The notes under the pieces were generated by a model that saw nothing but the letters and a program-made list of their open reading frames with translations, was not told the DNA's origin and ran no database searches. Source: an uncultured Candidatus Melainabacteria bacterium (GTDB lineage: Bacteria; Cyanobacteriota; Vampirovibrionia; Gastranaerophilales; Gastranaerophilaceae). From it: DNA of 64,000 bases. Made by a program: the position numbers and the translations under genes. The stretch covers positions 1,398 through 65,397 of the forward strand of contig CAMDYM010000001.1 of assembly GCA_945910425.1 (NCBI GenBank), given 5' to 3'. Below are positions 1-7,814 of the stretch, one piece after another (within the stretch, counting starts at the first letter, position 1; every line of letters begins with the position of its first letter).

Positions 1-416
1 GCAGTTTCTTGGTATAAATCCGCACTGATTGGTTTTGTACCTTGCATGATTTCGCCTTTATCGTTTAAGATATAACCTTGAACGGTATTACCGTTTTTAG
101 CACGATAAACGCCTTCTCCGTCAAAATCAAACTCTCCTAATCTTGTATAAACACTCTTTCCCTCAGCTGTTTTTGTCAGGAAAAATCCGTTACCTTCAAG
201 AAATACATTGTTTTTAGAGGTTCCCGGTGTTGATTTACCCTGACCCATATTTTTATCGTAATCATCAGTAACCGCACCGCTTAAGAATGTTTTAAAATTA
301 ACCTTCTTTTCTTTAAAACCCGGAGTATAAACATTTGTCATGTTATCTGAAATAACATCAATCCAGTTTACTGTTGCGTATTGAGTATTTATTGCCGTAA
401 TAAATGCATCATTCAT
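1..416 (-). CDS. Flagellar hook/rod family protein (FlgE-like), N-terminal part; the gene runs off the left edge
   Basis: Reverse translation from the ATG at 416-414 gives MNDAFITAINTQYATVNWIDVISDNMTNVYTPGFKE, the N-terminal rod/hook signature (N-x-x-N-V-x-T-x-G-F-K). It continues with GNGFF...YTRLGEFDFD...VQGY as in hook proteins. An AAGGAGAG RBS lies upstream. The gene sits immediately downstream of fliJ-fliK. Confidence 0.6.
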   Translation of the reverse strand, partial: MNDAFITAINTQYATVNWIDVISDNMTNVYTPGFKEKKVNFKTFLSGAVTDDYDKNMGQGKSTPGTSKNNVFLEGNGFFLTKTAEGKSVYTRLGEFDFDGEGVYRAKNGNTVQGYILNDKGEIMQGTKPISADLYQET

Positions 417-431
417 TAAAATATGCTCTCC

Positions 432-1289
432 TTATTTATTATTGTTATTTCTTCGTTCTTTTTGCTGCTTAGAACCTCTGTTTGAATAAGACAAATCCGA
501 ATACGGTAAGTCTTGTTCGTCAAAGGTTGCTTTTAAGTTTGAAATATTGTTTCTTAAATATTGTTCTACAGCTTTATCTCCCGGGATAAAGTTTGCAGAA
601 ACTACGCCTTCTTTATTTATACGCAAAATAACTGATATATTTTGGTCAAAATCAATTCTTAGCGGTTGATTATTTTCTCTAGCCTTACTGATTGCATCAA
701 GTAAAGTTTGAGAAATCTGAACATTTTGTTTAACTTCAGCAAATTCTGCGCCGTTATTAAGCATAGTTTGTGCTTGAGTAGTAATATTTGCAACAGATAC
801 GTCATTATTTTTCGTAAGGTTTAAAAAGAAATTTGCATCAGATTCACTCAAGAATAAAGATTTAGTAAAATCTAAAGTCATAAACCCTTTGCTATTAAAC
901 AAATTATCAGTTTCTTCTACAGCAGCAGTGCCTAATCCCATAACTTGACGAATATCATTTGTTAACATTGAATTAGCATCTAAAACAGCCATAGAAGCAA
1001 ATTTGGAATAATCAGCACTGCCTTCAAGAACTAAATCTGTTTCTGAACCTTGGTCATTTTGAGATTTATCGTTATTTGATTTTACAGACTCTTTTTTCTC
1101 AGAAGTTTCTGAAACATTTTTCTCTGAGGAAGCTTGTTCTTTTGTGGAAACTTTATTCATTTCATCTTTAAATGAAGATTCTGATGATGATTTTTTAGCA
1201 TTATCAGTATTAACCTGCGTTGAGGCTTGAGATGTAGCTGATGATGAACTTACCTGTGTTGAACTTGTTGTTGCTGCATTAATACTCAT
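432..1289 (-). CDS. fliK: Flagellar hook-length control protein FliK-like
   Basis: 285 aa. The Ser/Thr/Gln-rich N-terminal half is low complexity. The C-terminal block LRIDFDQNISVILRINKEGVVSANFIPGDKAVEQYLRNNISNLKATFDEQ resembles the FliK C-terminal (Flg_hook) domain. It lies between fliJ and a hook gene, with a GAAGG RBS. Confidence 0.55.
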   Translation of the reverse strand: MSINAATTSSTQVSSSSATSQASTQVNTDNAKKSSSESSFKDEMNKVSTKEQASSEKNVSETSEKKESVKSNNDKSQNDQGSETDLVLEGSADYSKFASMAVLDANSMLTNDIRQVMGLGTAAVEETDNLFNSKGFMTLDFTKSLFLSESDANFFLNLTKNNDVSVANITTQAQTMLNNGAEFAEVKQNVQISQTLLDAISKARENNQPLRIDFDQNISVILRINKEGVVSANFIPGDKAVEQYLRNNISNLKATFDEQDLPYSDLSYSNRGSKQQKERRNNNNK

Positions 1290-1290
1290 T

Positions 1291-1767
1291 TTAATTACCT
1301 TCTGACTGACTTAATTGCTTTTCTTCCTCGTCTCTGCGTTCTTGGGCTTGCTTGAAAAATCTTGTTACACCCAACTCTGAGAATTGTTTTAACTCTGCGG
1401 CTTTTTCTTCTGCGATATAGGCTTCTTTACTTTTTTCTTTATGCTTCTCAAGAACTTTTACATTCTGTTCGCATTTTACAAGCTTTTGAATTTCTATATC
1501 AAGTAAGCGTTGTAATTCTTGGCGTCTTGCTTCTAATTCTTCCGCTTTCTGCCACAGATGCCGCAAGAAATTATCGTATGATTCGTATAACATAGGATCT
1601 GCCTGCCGCATTCCGTTTTTGGTGTCCAGAATATCTTGTTCATTTTTCTTGATATCCTGCTCTGCCTGGTTGACCGCAGCTTGAGCTTTTTGAACCTTCA
1701 TTCTCTGCTCTTCTTTTTGATTTATTCTAAAATCTAAAGCCTTCTGCAATCTGTACCGAAATGGCAT
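1291..1767 (-). CDS. fliJ: Flagellar export chaperone FliJ
   Basis: 158 aa, all-helical and charged. The N-terminus MPFRYRLQKALDFRINQKEEQ is typical of FliJ, and the size and context fit. GAAGGTG RBS. Confidence 0.6.
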   Translation of the reverse strand: MPFRYRLQKALDFRINQKEEQRMKVQKAQAAVNQAEQDIKKNEQDILDTKNGMRQADPMLYESYDNFLRHLWQKAEELEARRQELQRLLDIEIQKLVKCEQNVKVLEKHKEKSKEAYIAEEKAAELKQFSELGVTRFFKQAQERRDEEEKQLSQSEGN

Positions 1768-1861
1768 GTTTATTACACCTTCTTGTGTTTTTATTATCTA
1801 TTACTTATCTTATGTAATAAACATCTAAACGTATGAGATTATTTTAATAACAGATTAAAAA

Positions 1862-1895
1862 AAGTCAAAAAATACGGACACCATTTGATGCCCGC
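1862..1895 (-). terminator. Rho-independent terminator after rpsA
   Basis: Minus strand reads GCGGGCAUCAAAUGGUGUCCGU followed by AUUUUUUGACUUUUUUU. This is a GC-rich hairpin plus U-tract, 20 nt past the rpsA stop. Confidence 0.65.
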
Positions 1896-1914
1896 ATTCT
1901 ATAATTTTTACCGC

Positions 1915-2997
1915 TTATTCTTCTGAAGGTGCTTCCTGAGCTTCTGATTGTTCATGAATAGACAAAGCAATACGTTTATCTTCAGGATTGAACTTCATAA
2001 TGAATGTATCAATTTTATCTCCGACTTTAACAATTGTTTTTGTTTCATTCTGATAATCAACAAGCTCATTATGAGGAAGTAAGGCTTCTACACCCGGGAA
2101 TACCTCAATAAATGCGCCAAAGTGTTTTAATCTTGTAACCGTACCTTCAACTTTATCGCCTTCTTTAATATTTTTTTCAGCTTCAATCCAAGGATCCGGT
2201 TCAAGGTTTTTCAAGCTTAGTGAAACTCTTTGTTTGTCATAATCAACCGAAATAACTTCAACATCAATTTTATCACCGACTTTTAAAATATCTGTCGGAT
2301 GATCAATCCAGCGCCAAGAAAGTTGAGATAAAGGCAACAATCCGTCTAAACCGCCAAGGTCAATAAAAGCTCCAAAATCAGTAATTCTAACAACTTCACC
2401 TTTTACAACCTGACCCGATTCAATTTGAGAGAAGATATTTTTTCTTGCTTCTTCAACTGTGTCTTCATAAACTTTTTTATTAGACAAAATAAAGTTATTT
2501 TGCTGTACATCAAGTGTTAGAATTTTGAGTTCAAGCTTAGAACCGACCTCAACATCAGATTCTCTTGAACGCAATTGAGATGACGGTATAAAACCTCTTA
2601 CACCTGAAACATCAACCAACACACCGCCTTTTACCACATTAAGGACTGTACCCATAATGGTTTCATCAGCTTCTTTAGCTTTTTCAAGTTCTTTCCAGGC
2701 ATAAGCAAAATCAACTTTTTTCTTAGAAAGAAGAAACTTACCGTCTTCATCTTCTTCCCTAATAATTAAAAATTCACCTTCTTGCCCTTTTTGGAATTTA
2801 TCTTCAGGATTTTCACCTTTTTCAACGGCTTCATAAGTAGGTATCACTGCAATTGTTTTTGCACCGATATCAACCATTACGCCCTGCGAATCAAATCCGC
2901 AAATAATACCTTTTACCAAATCACCTTTTTGAAACTTGTAATCATACTTTTCAAGTAAAGCTTCAAAATCATCTGATGTCACTTTTTTTGTTACCAT
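1915..2997 (-). CDS. rpsA: 30S ribosomal protein S1 (four S1 domains)
   Basis: Repeated S1 OB-fold modules (GDLVKGIICGFDSQGVMVDIG, GTVLNVVKGGVLVDV, GQVVKGEVVRITDFGAFIDLG, GDKVEGTVTRLKHFGAFIEV). I prefer the ATG at 2997 (MVTKK) because GGAG lies 7 nt upstream. The ORF-track start at 3009 has no RBS. Confidence 0.9.
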   Translation of the reverse strand: MVTKKVTSDDFEALLEKYDYKFQKGDLVKGIICGFDSQGVMVDIGAKTIAVIPTYEAVEKGENPEDKFQKGQEGEFLIIREEDEDGKFLLSKKKVDFAYAWKELEKAKEADETIMGTVLNVVKGGVLVDVSGVRGFIPSSQLRSRESDVEVGSKLELKILTLDVQQNNFILSNKKVYEDTVEEARKNIFSQIESGQVVKGEVVRITDFGAFIDLGGLDGLLPLSQLSWRWIDHPTDILKVGDKIDVEVISVDYDKQRVSLSLKNLEPDPWIEAEKNIKEGDKVEGTVTRLKHFGAFIEVFPGVEALLPHNELVDYQNETKTIVKVGDKIDTFIMKFNPEDKRIALSIHEQSEAQEAPSEE

Positions 2998-3181
2998 TTT
3001 TAACTCCATTGTCTAATAATAGACACTACAATATTAACCTTATGTATATACTAGCAGATATTGTCCAATATGTAAAGGTTTGTAAATTTTGCTTAATAAA
3101 ATTTTACCTTAACAAAAATTTTTATTTTCACGATTTATATTTTAAGTAGAGTAGCATAATAATCAGAAAGGATATGTTCAA

Positions 3182-3514
3182 ATGATTCAACCCGTATCGG
3201 TAAATGTAAACACCAAAACCCCTCAGCAATATATGCAGCCTGTAATTCAGCCGCAACCATACCCTCAAATAATGTTTCATCCGCCTGTTATGGCAGGACT
3301 TGTAGCACCAAAGCCTACTATCCCGACACCGCCGCCAATAACACTTCCGCCGTTATCAGGAATAGTTTTACCTAAACCAATCCCGACCAATCCTCCAAAA
3401 CCTCCGGTTACGGCAGGTATAGTAGCTTCACCTGATTATTTTAAGCCTGATGAACAAAACAAAGAAGATAAACAGGTTCAAAAAACTGACAATAATATTA
3501 GTTTTAATGCTTAA
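3182..3514 (+). CDS. Proline-rich repeat peptide (110 aa), candidate rSAM substrate/precursor
   Basis: Three spaced cores: HPPVMAGLVAPKP, LPPLSGIVLPKP, KPPVTAGIVASPD. AAAGGA RBS. Same strand as, and 400 nt upstream of, the radical SAM/SPASM gene. No signal peptide and no Cys. Confidence 0.55.
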   Translation: MIQPVSVNVNTKTPQQYMQPVIQPQPYPQIMFHPPVMAGLVAPKPTIPTPPPITLPPLSGIVLPKPIPTNPPKPPVTAGIVASPDYFKPDEQNKEDKQVQKTDNNISFNA

Positions 3515-3623
3515 ATCTTAATAAATCTTTATATTAAATTATATAAATAGCAAATTTCTCATAAAAAATACCTTTTAATTAATAAGTAGGTAACAATTTG
3601 AAGTGTAGAAAGGAAATATTGAT

Positions 3624-3848
3624 ATGGGAATGAATCCGTTAGCAGGTAATGTACGTCCGAAAGCTCCAACAACTCAGCCAAAGCCACCTGTTATGGCTGG
3701 TAAGGTTGTATCAAAACCACCAAAAACAACACCTAAACCACCTGTTATGGCTGGTAAAGTTGTACCAAAACCACCGATAAAACCAAACGTAAATATTGTC
3801 AGAGCAATCAGAAATTTTATTGCAAACTTATGTAAAGGTATAAAATAA
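3624..3848 (+). CDS. Proline-rich repeat peptide (74 aa), second candidate rSAM substrate/precursor
   Basis: Cores are MNPLAGNVRPKAP, KPPVMAGKVVSKPP and KPPVMAGKVVPKPP. The last two are encoded by a 54-nt tandem repeat starting at 3684 and 3738. Amphipathic C-terminal tail NIVRAIRNFIANLCKGIK. AAAGGA RBS. Ends 72 nt upstream of the rSAM gene. Confidence 0.55.
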   Translation: MGMNPLAGNVRPKAPTTQPKPPVMAGKVVSKPPKTTPKPPVMAGKVVPKPPIKPNVNIVRAIRNFIANLCKGIK

Positions 3849-3919
3849 AACAAATAAATGATAAAAATAAACTTGCACCAATGTATAATATATCTTGTTA
3901 AACAATTTGAGGAAGTGAC

Positions 3920-4921
3920 ATGTACAAATTATACAGTGCAACAATAGAATTAACCAGACAATGCAATGCTAAATGTAAGCATTGCATTGTTGATGCAGGA
4001 AAGTCATTAGACGATGAATTATCAACAGAACGAATAATTCGACTTATTGAAGAGTTTGCGGATCAGGGCTGCCAAAACATAGTATTTACAGGCGGAGAAG
4101 CCTTATTAAGAAGAGAATTTCCTCTGTTTTTAGAAAAGGCAAAAGGATTAAATTTAGAAATTATCCTAATGACAAACGGGCTTTTATTGAATGATTATTC
4201 AATAAATATATTAAAACTTTTTGACCTGACACTTGGAATAAGCCTTGACGGACCCGACGCAAAAACTCACGATTCAATCAGAGGAGTAGACGGGCTTTTT
4301 GACCATCTTGTTAAAATTATCCCAAAACTAAAAAAAGCAGGTATTTACACCGCAATTTCAACAACTGTTATGCAGTCAAATTTTGATAAACTTGATAAAA
4401 TCAGAGATGTTCTGTTAAAACTGAATGTTGATTCATGGCAATTACAAGTACTAAAACCTTGTAAAAGACTTACTGATAACGAATTATTAACAGAAGAGCA
4501 GTATTATAAGCTTGCCGAAAAAATAGTTGATTATCGGAAAAATTTCGGCAAAAAAATGATGATATATGAAGCTGACTGTATTGGATACAATTCAAAACTT
4601 ACCGAAGGTTTATTTTTAAAAGAGTGGCGCGGATGCGAATGCGGAATATTCTCGGTAAGTATAGCAAGTGACGGTTCCGTGAAGGGATGCCCGAATATGA
4701 ACAATTCTGAAGGTAATATTAAAGACAAGCCTTTTGCCCAAATTTGGCAAGATCATAACTTATTTGCTTACAATCGCCGCCCTGATTTATCAAACCTTCC
4801 GACATACTGTAAAGAATGTCAATATAAATATGTTTGTCGCGGCGGCTGCCCGACAAATCAGCGGACATCTAAAAATAACACACTATGTCTGCATAAAATA
4901 GAAACTGTAGGAACTGATTAA
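3920..4921 (+). CDS. Radical SAM enzyme with C-terminal SPASM domain
   Basis: CNAKCKHC (CxxxCxxC, nt 3962-3985) near the N-terminus and a GGE motif (FTGGEALL). SPASM signature CECGIFSVSIASDGSVKGCP ... GNIKDKPFAQIW ... CKECQYKYVCRGGCP (nt 4808-4848). GAGGAAG RBS. No recognisable PqqD/RRE domain. Confidence 0.85.
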   Translation: MYKLYSATIELTRQCNAKCKHCIVDAGKSLDDELSTERIIRLIEEFADQGCQNIVFTGGEALLRREFPLFLEKAKGLNLEIILMTNGLLLNDYSINILKLFDLTLGISLDGPDAKTHDSIRGVDGLFDHLVKIIPKLKKAGIYTAISTTVMQSNFDKLDKIRDVLLKLNVDSWQLQVLKPCKRLTDNELLTEEQYYKLAEKIVDYRKNFGKKMMIYEADCIGYNSKLTEGLFLKEWRGCECGIFSVSIASDGSVKGCPNMNNSEGNIKDKPFAQIWQDHNLFAYNRRPDLSNLPTYCKECQYKYVCRGGCPTNQRTSKNNTLCLHKIETVGTD

Positions 4922-4933
4922 AATTTTTTGCAC

Positions 4934-4966
4934 AAAAGAGGCGGAGCTAACGGCTCAGCCTCTTTT
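4934..4966. terminator. Bidirectional rho-independent terminator between the rSAM gene and valS
   Basis: AAAAGAGGCGGAGC-TAACG-GCTCAGCCTCTTTT: a GC-rich stem flanked by an A-run and a T-run between convergent genes. Confidence 0.7.
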
Positions 4967-4981
4967 AATAATATCACTTTA

Positions 4982-7648
4982 TTAAGCTTTCAACGAATCA
5001 ATCAATTCATTTATCGCATTTTCTTGGACAAGAATTTCTTCAATTCTGTCTTTTGTTTGTTTAATTAACTCAGCAGGAGCATTCGCAGCAAACTTAGGAT
5101 TATTAACCCTGCCTTCTAATGATTTTCTTTCAGTTTGAAGTTTAGTTAGTTTCTTTTCCTGTCTTACAATTTCAGCGTTAAAATCAATAAGATTTTCAAG
5201 CGGAATTACAATTTTTGAAGCAGATACAACAGCCGTTGCTGATTTTTTTGCAACAGATGTTGAAACATCAGAGTAAGAAATATTCTCAACTTTTGCCATA
5301 CGTTTAATATAGCTTTCAATAGCTTCAAATACAGGTTTTTCATCTTCTGCAGCTTGAATTTCAATATTAAACTTCAAGCCCATCGGTATATTGAAACTTT
5401 GTCTTACATTACGCAAAGACTTAATTGTTTCAAATACAAGTTCCATTTCGCGAGCTTCTCTCGGGAACGCAAGTTTTTCTTCAAATACAGGATAATCCGC
5501 AACAATAATAGCTCTAGCTGCTGAGCTGCCTAACTGATGAGCTGCCTTTGGTATTAACTGCCATACGCGTTCTGTGATATGAGGCATTATCGGATGTAAT
5601 AATCTTAAAGACATATCAAGAACATATCTTAAAACTCTTTGTGTATTGAGTTTTAAAGTTTCATCCTGTAACTGAACTTTTGCAATTTCTACATACCAAT
5701 CACAATAGGCATTCCAGAAGAAATCGTATAATACGTGTGCGGTTTCACCAATTCTGTAGTTTTCGATATTAGTATTAACTTCTTTTGCAGTATTATTTAA
5801 TTTATCCAAAATCCACTTATCTGCAATAGTAAGTTTTGAATAATCAATATCATTATTGTCAATTCCTTCAAGGTTCATTAATACAAATCTTGAGGCGTTC
5901 CAAATTTTATTAGCAAAATTTCTGCCATATTCAAATCTTTCATCACTGATTTTAATATCCTGACCGCCATAAGTACAAAGGGATGTCATGGTAAATCTTA
6001 AAGCATCACATCCGTATTTGTCGATAATTACAACAGGGTCAATAGTGTTACCTTTAGATTTAGACATTTTTTGACCTTTTTCGTCACGAATAAGACCGTG
6101 AATATAAACGGTGGAGAATGGTGCTTTACCTGTAAACTCAAGTCCCATAGTAATCATTCTTGCAACCCAGAAGAAAATAATATCAAAACCTGTTACAAGA
6201 GTTGAGGTTGGGTAGAATTTTTTATAATCATCAGTTTCAGCGTTAGGAAATCCCATTGTACTAAACGGCCATAAGCCTGATGAGAACCAGGTATCAAGAC
6301 AATCTGTTTCTTGTACGTAATTTTCAGGATCAGGATTTTCTTTTGCTACAACCATTTCTCCTGTTACTTTATGATAATACGCAGGAATTTGATGTCCCCA
6401 CCAAATTTGACGGGAGATACACCAATCACGAATATTTTCCATCCAGCCCAAGTAATTTTTCTCCCAACGTTCAGGAATAAACTTAATTCTGCCGTCTTTT
6501 ACAGCTGCAATAGCTTCTTTTGCAAGCGGTCCCATTTTTACGAACCACTGTTCTGAAAGTAACGGCTCAATAGTTGTTCCGCAACGCTGACATTTACCAA
6601 CATTGTGTTCATGGTCTTTTACTCTTAACAATGAATGATTATCTTCAAGCATTTTTATAATCTGTTTACGAGCTTCATAACGATCAAGTCCGTGAAGGTT
6701 AGACGGCACTTCGCCGCATGCTTTCATACAGCCTTTTTCGTCAATTACCCAAATCGGATTAAATCCATGACGTTTTCCAACTTCAAAATCGTTAGGGTCA
6801 TGGGCAGGAGTAATTTTTACAGCGCCTGTACCAAAAGTTTTATCAACATATTCATCTGCGATAATCGGAATTTCTCTGCCTGTCAAAGGTATTACAACAG
6901 TTTTTCCAATAAGTTCGGAATACTTATGATCTGTCGGGTGAACAGCAATTGCAACATCACCAAAAATTGTTTCAGGACGAGTCGTTGCAACAATTATCGC
7001 ACCTGATTCACCTTTCAACGGGTATGAAATTTCCCATAAATGGCCTTGTTCCGTTTCATATTCGGTTTCAACATCAGATATTGCTGACTGACATCTTGGA
7101 CACCAGTTTACAATATAAGCGCCTTTATAAATTAAACCTTTATTATAAAGGGTAACAAAAACTTCTTTAACAGCATCAGAACAGCCCTTATCAAAAGTAA
7201 ATCTTTCTCTTGAACGGTCAAAAGAAGCCCCAAGGCGTTTCATCTGATCTAATATTGTACTTTTATGTTCATTTGTCCATTCCCAGGTTTTTTCCAAAAA
7301 TTTTTCTCTACCTAAATCATGACGGGTTAAACCTTCTTTTGCCAATTGTTTTTCAACAACATTTTGAGTAGCCAAACCGGCATGGTCTGTTCCCGGAACC
7401 CAAAGAGTTTCATAACCGCTCATTCTATGATATCTTACTAAAATATCCTGCAAAGTTTCATCCAAAGCATGCCCCATATGTAAAACACCTGTAACATTTG
7501 GGGGTGGAATTACTATAGAATAAGGCTTTTTAGGTGATTTTGCATCAGCCTTGAAAAATTCGTTTTCTTCCCAAAATTTGTAAATGCTTTCTTCTGTTTC
7601 TTTTGCATTATAAACCGTAGGTAAATCTTCAATCTTTGTTACTGACAT
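4982..7648 (-). CDS. valS: Valine--tRNA ligase
   Basis: Class I motifs PPPNVTGVLHMGH and KMSKSKGN, a C-terminal coiled coil, about 888 aa. Start taken at ATG 7648 (MSVTKIEDLP) with a GAGGA RBS. The 16-codon extension in the ORF track is unlikely. Confidence 0.95.
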   Translation of the reverse strand: MSVTKIEDLPTVYNAKETEESIYKFWEENEFFKADAKSPKKPYSIVIPPPNVTGVLHMGHALDETLQDILVRYHRMSGYETLWVPGTDHAGLATQNVVEKQLAKEGLTRHDLGREKFLEKTWEWTNEHKSTILDQMKRLGASFDRSRERFTFDKGCSDAVKEVFVTLYNKGLIYKGAYIVNWCPRCQSAISDVETEYETEQGHLWEISYPLKGESGAIIVATTRPETIFGDVAIAVHPTDHKYSELIGKTVVIPLTGREIPIIADEYVDKTFGTGAVKITPAHDPNDFEVGKRHGFNPIWVIDEKGCMKACGEVPSNLHGLDRYEARKQIIKMLEDNHSLLRVKDHEHNVGKCQRCGTTIEPLLSEQWFVKMGPLAKEAIAAVKDGRIKFIPERWEKNYLGWMENIRDWCISRQIWWGHQIPAYYHKVTGEMVVAKENPDPENYVQETDCLDTWFSSGLWPFSTMGFPNAETDDYKKFYPTSTLVTGFDIIFFWVARMITMGLEFTGKAPFSTVYIHGLIRDEKGQKMSKSKGNTIDPVVIIDKYGCDALRFTMTSLCTYGGQDIKISDERFEYGRNFANKIWNASRFVLMNLEGIDNNDIDYSKLTIADKWILDKLNNTAKEVNTNIENYRIGETAHVLYDFFWNAYCDWYVEIAKVQLQDETLKLNTQRVLRYVLDMSLRLLHPIMPHITERVWQLIPKAAHQLGSSAARAIIVADYPVFEEKLAFPREAREMELVFETIKSLRNVRQSFNIPMGLKFNIEIQAAEDEKPVFEAIESYIKRMAKVENISYSDVSTSVAKKSATAVVSASKIVIPLENLIDFNAEIVRQEKKLTKLQTERKSLEGRVNNPKFAANAPAELIKQTKDRIEEILVQENAINELIDSLKA

Positions 7649-7814
7649 TTTATTATCCTCATAATTTAAACTATTTATATAATAAAAGAATAACACAAAA
7701 TAAAATTATCGGAATAATGCTTAATGTAACAAAAAATATCGTTTATTGAAAAGGTTTCAATAGTGTGATATAATAATAGAATAGAGAAGATTGTATGTCT
7801 ATGGAGTTTTGAAT

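Noticed and set aside
3684-3791. 54-nt tandem direct repeat (possible CRISPR or VNTR)
   Set aside because: There are only two units, in frame, inside a coding sequence. They encode the duplicated KPPVMAGKVV(S/P)KPP core. No spacers or cas genes are present. I treat it as a protein-level repeat (see the rSAM cassette finding).
6280-7155. Four plus-strand ORFs (66-123 aa) inside valS
   Set aside because: They are antisense to a full-length, motif-complete valS. Their translations are low complexity (F/I/N/K/R-rich), as expected for the reverse strand of an AT-rich gene, and none has an RBS. The same reasoning applies to the other short antisense ORFs in the track, for example 1362-1595, 4531-4728, 11400-12108, 14086-14803, 17976-18326, 29040-29258, 30633-30903, 39346-39588, 52305-52753, 57595-58081 and 62128-63339.
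7649-7814. T-box leader upstream of valS (and, likewise, upstream of argS at 49192-49265)
   Set aside because: The spacers are 166 and 74 nt, largely occupied by divergent promoter or terminator sequence. There is no T-box consensus (AANNNGGGTGGNACCGCG-like) and no terminator/antiterminator pair.
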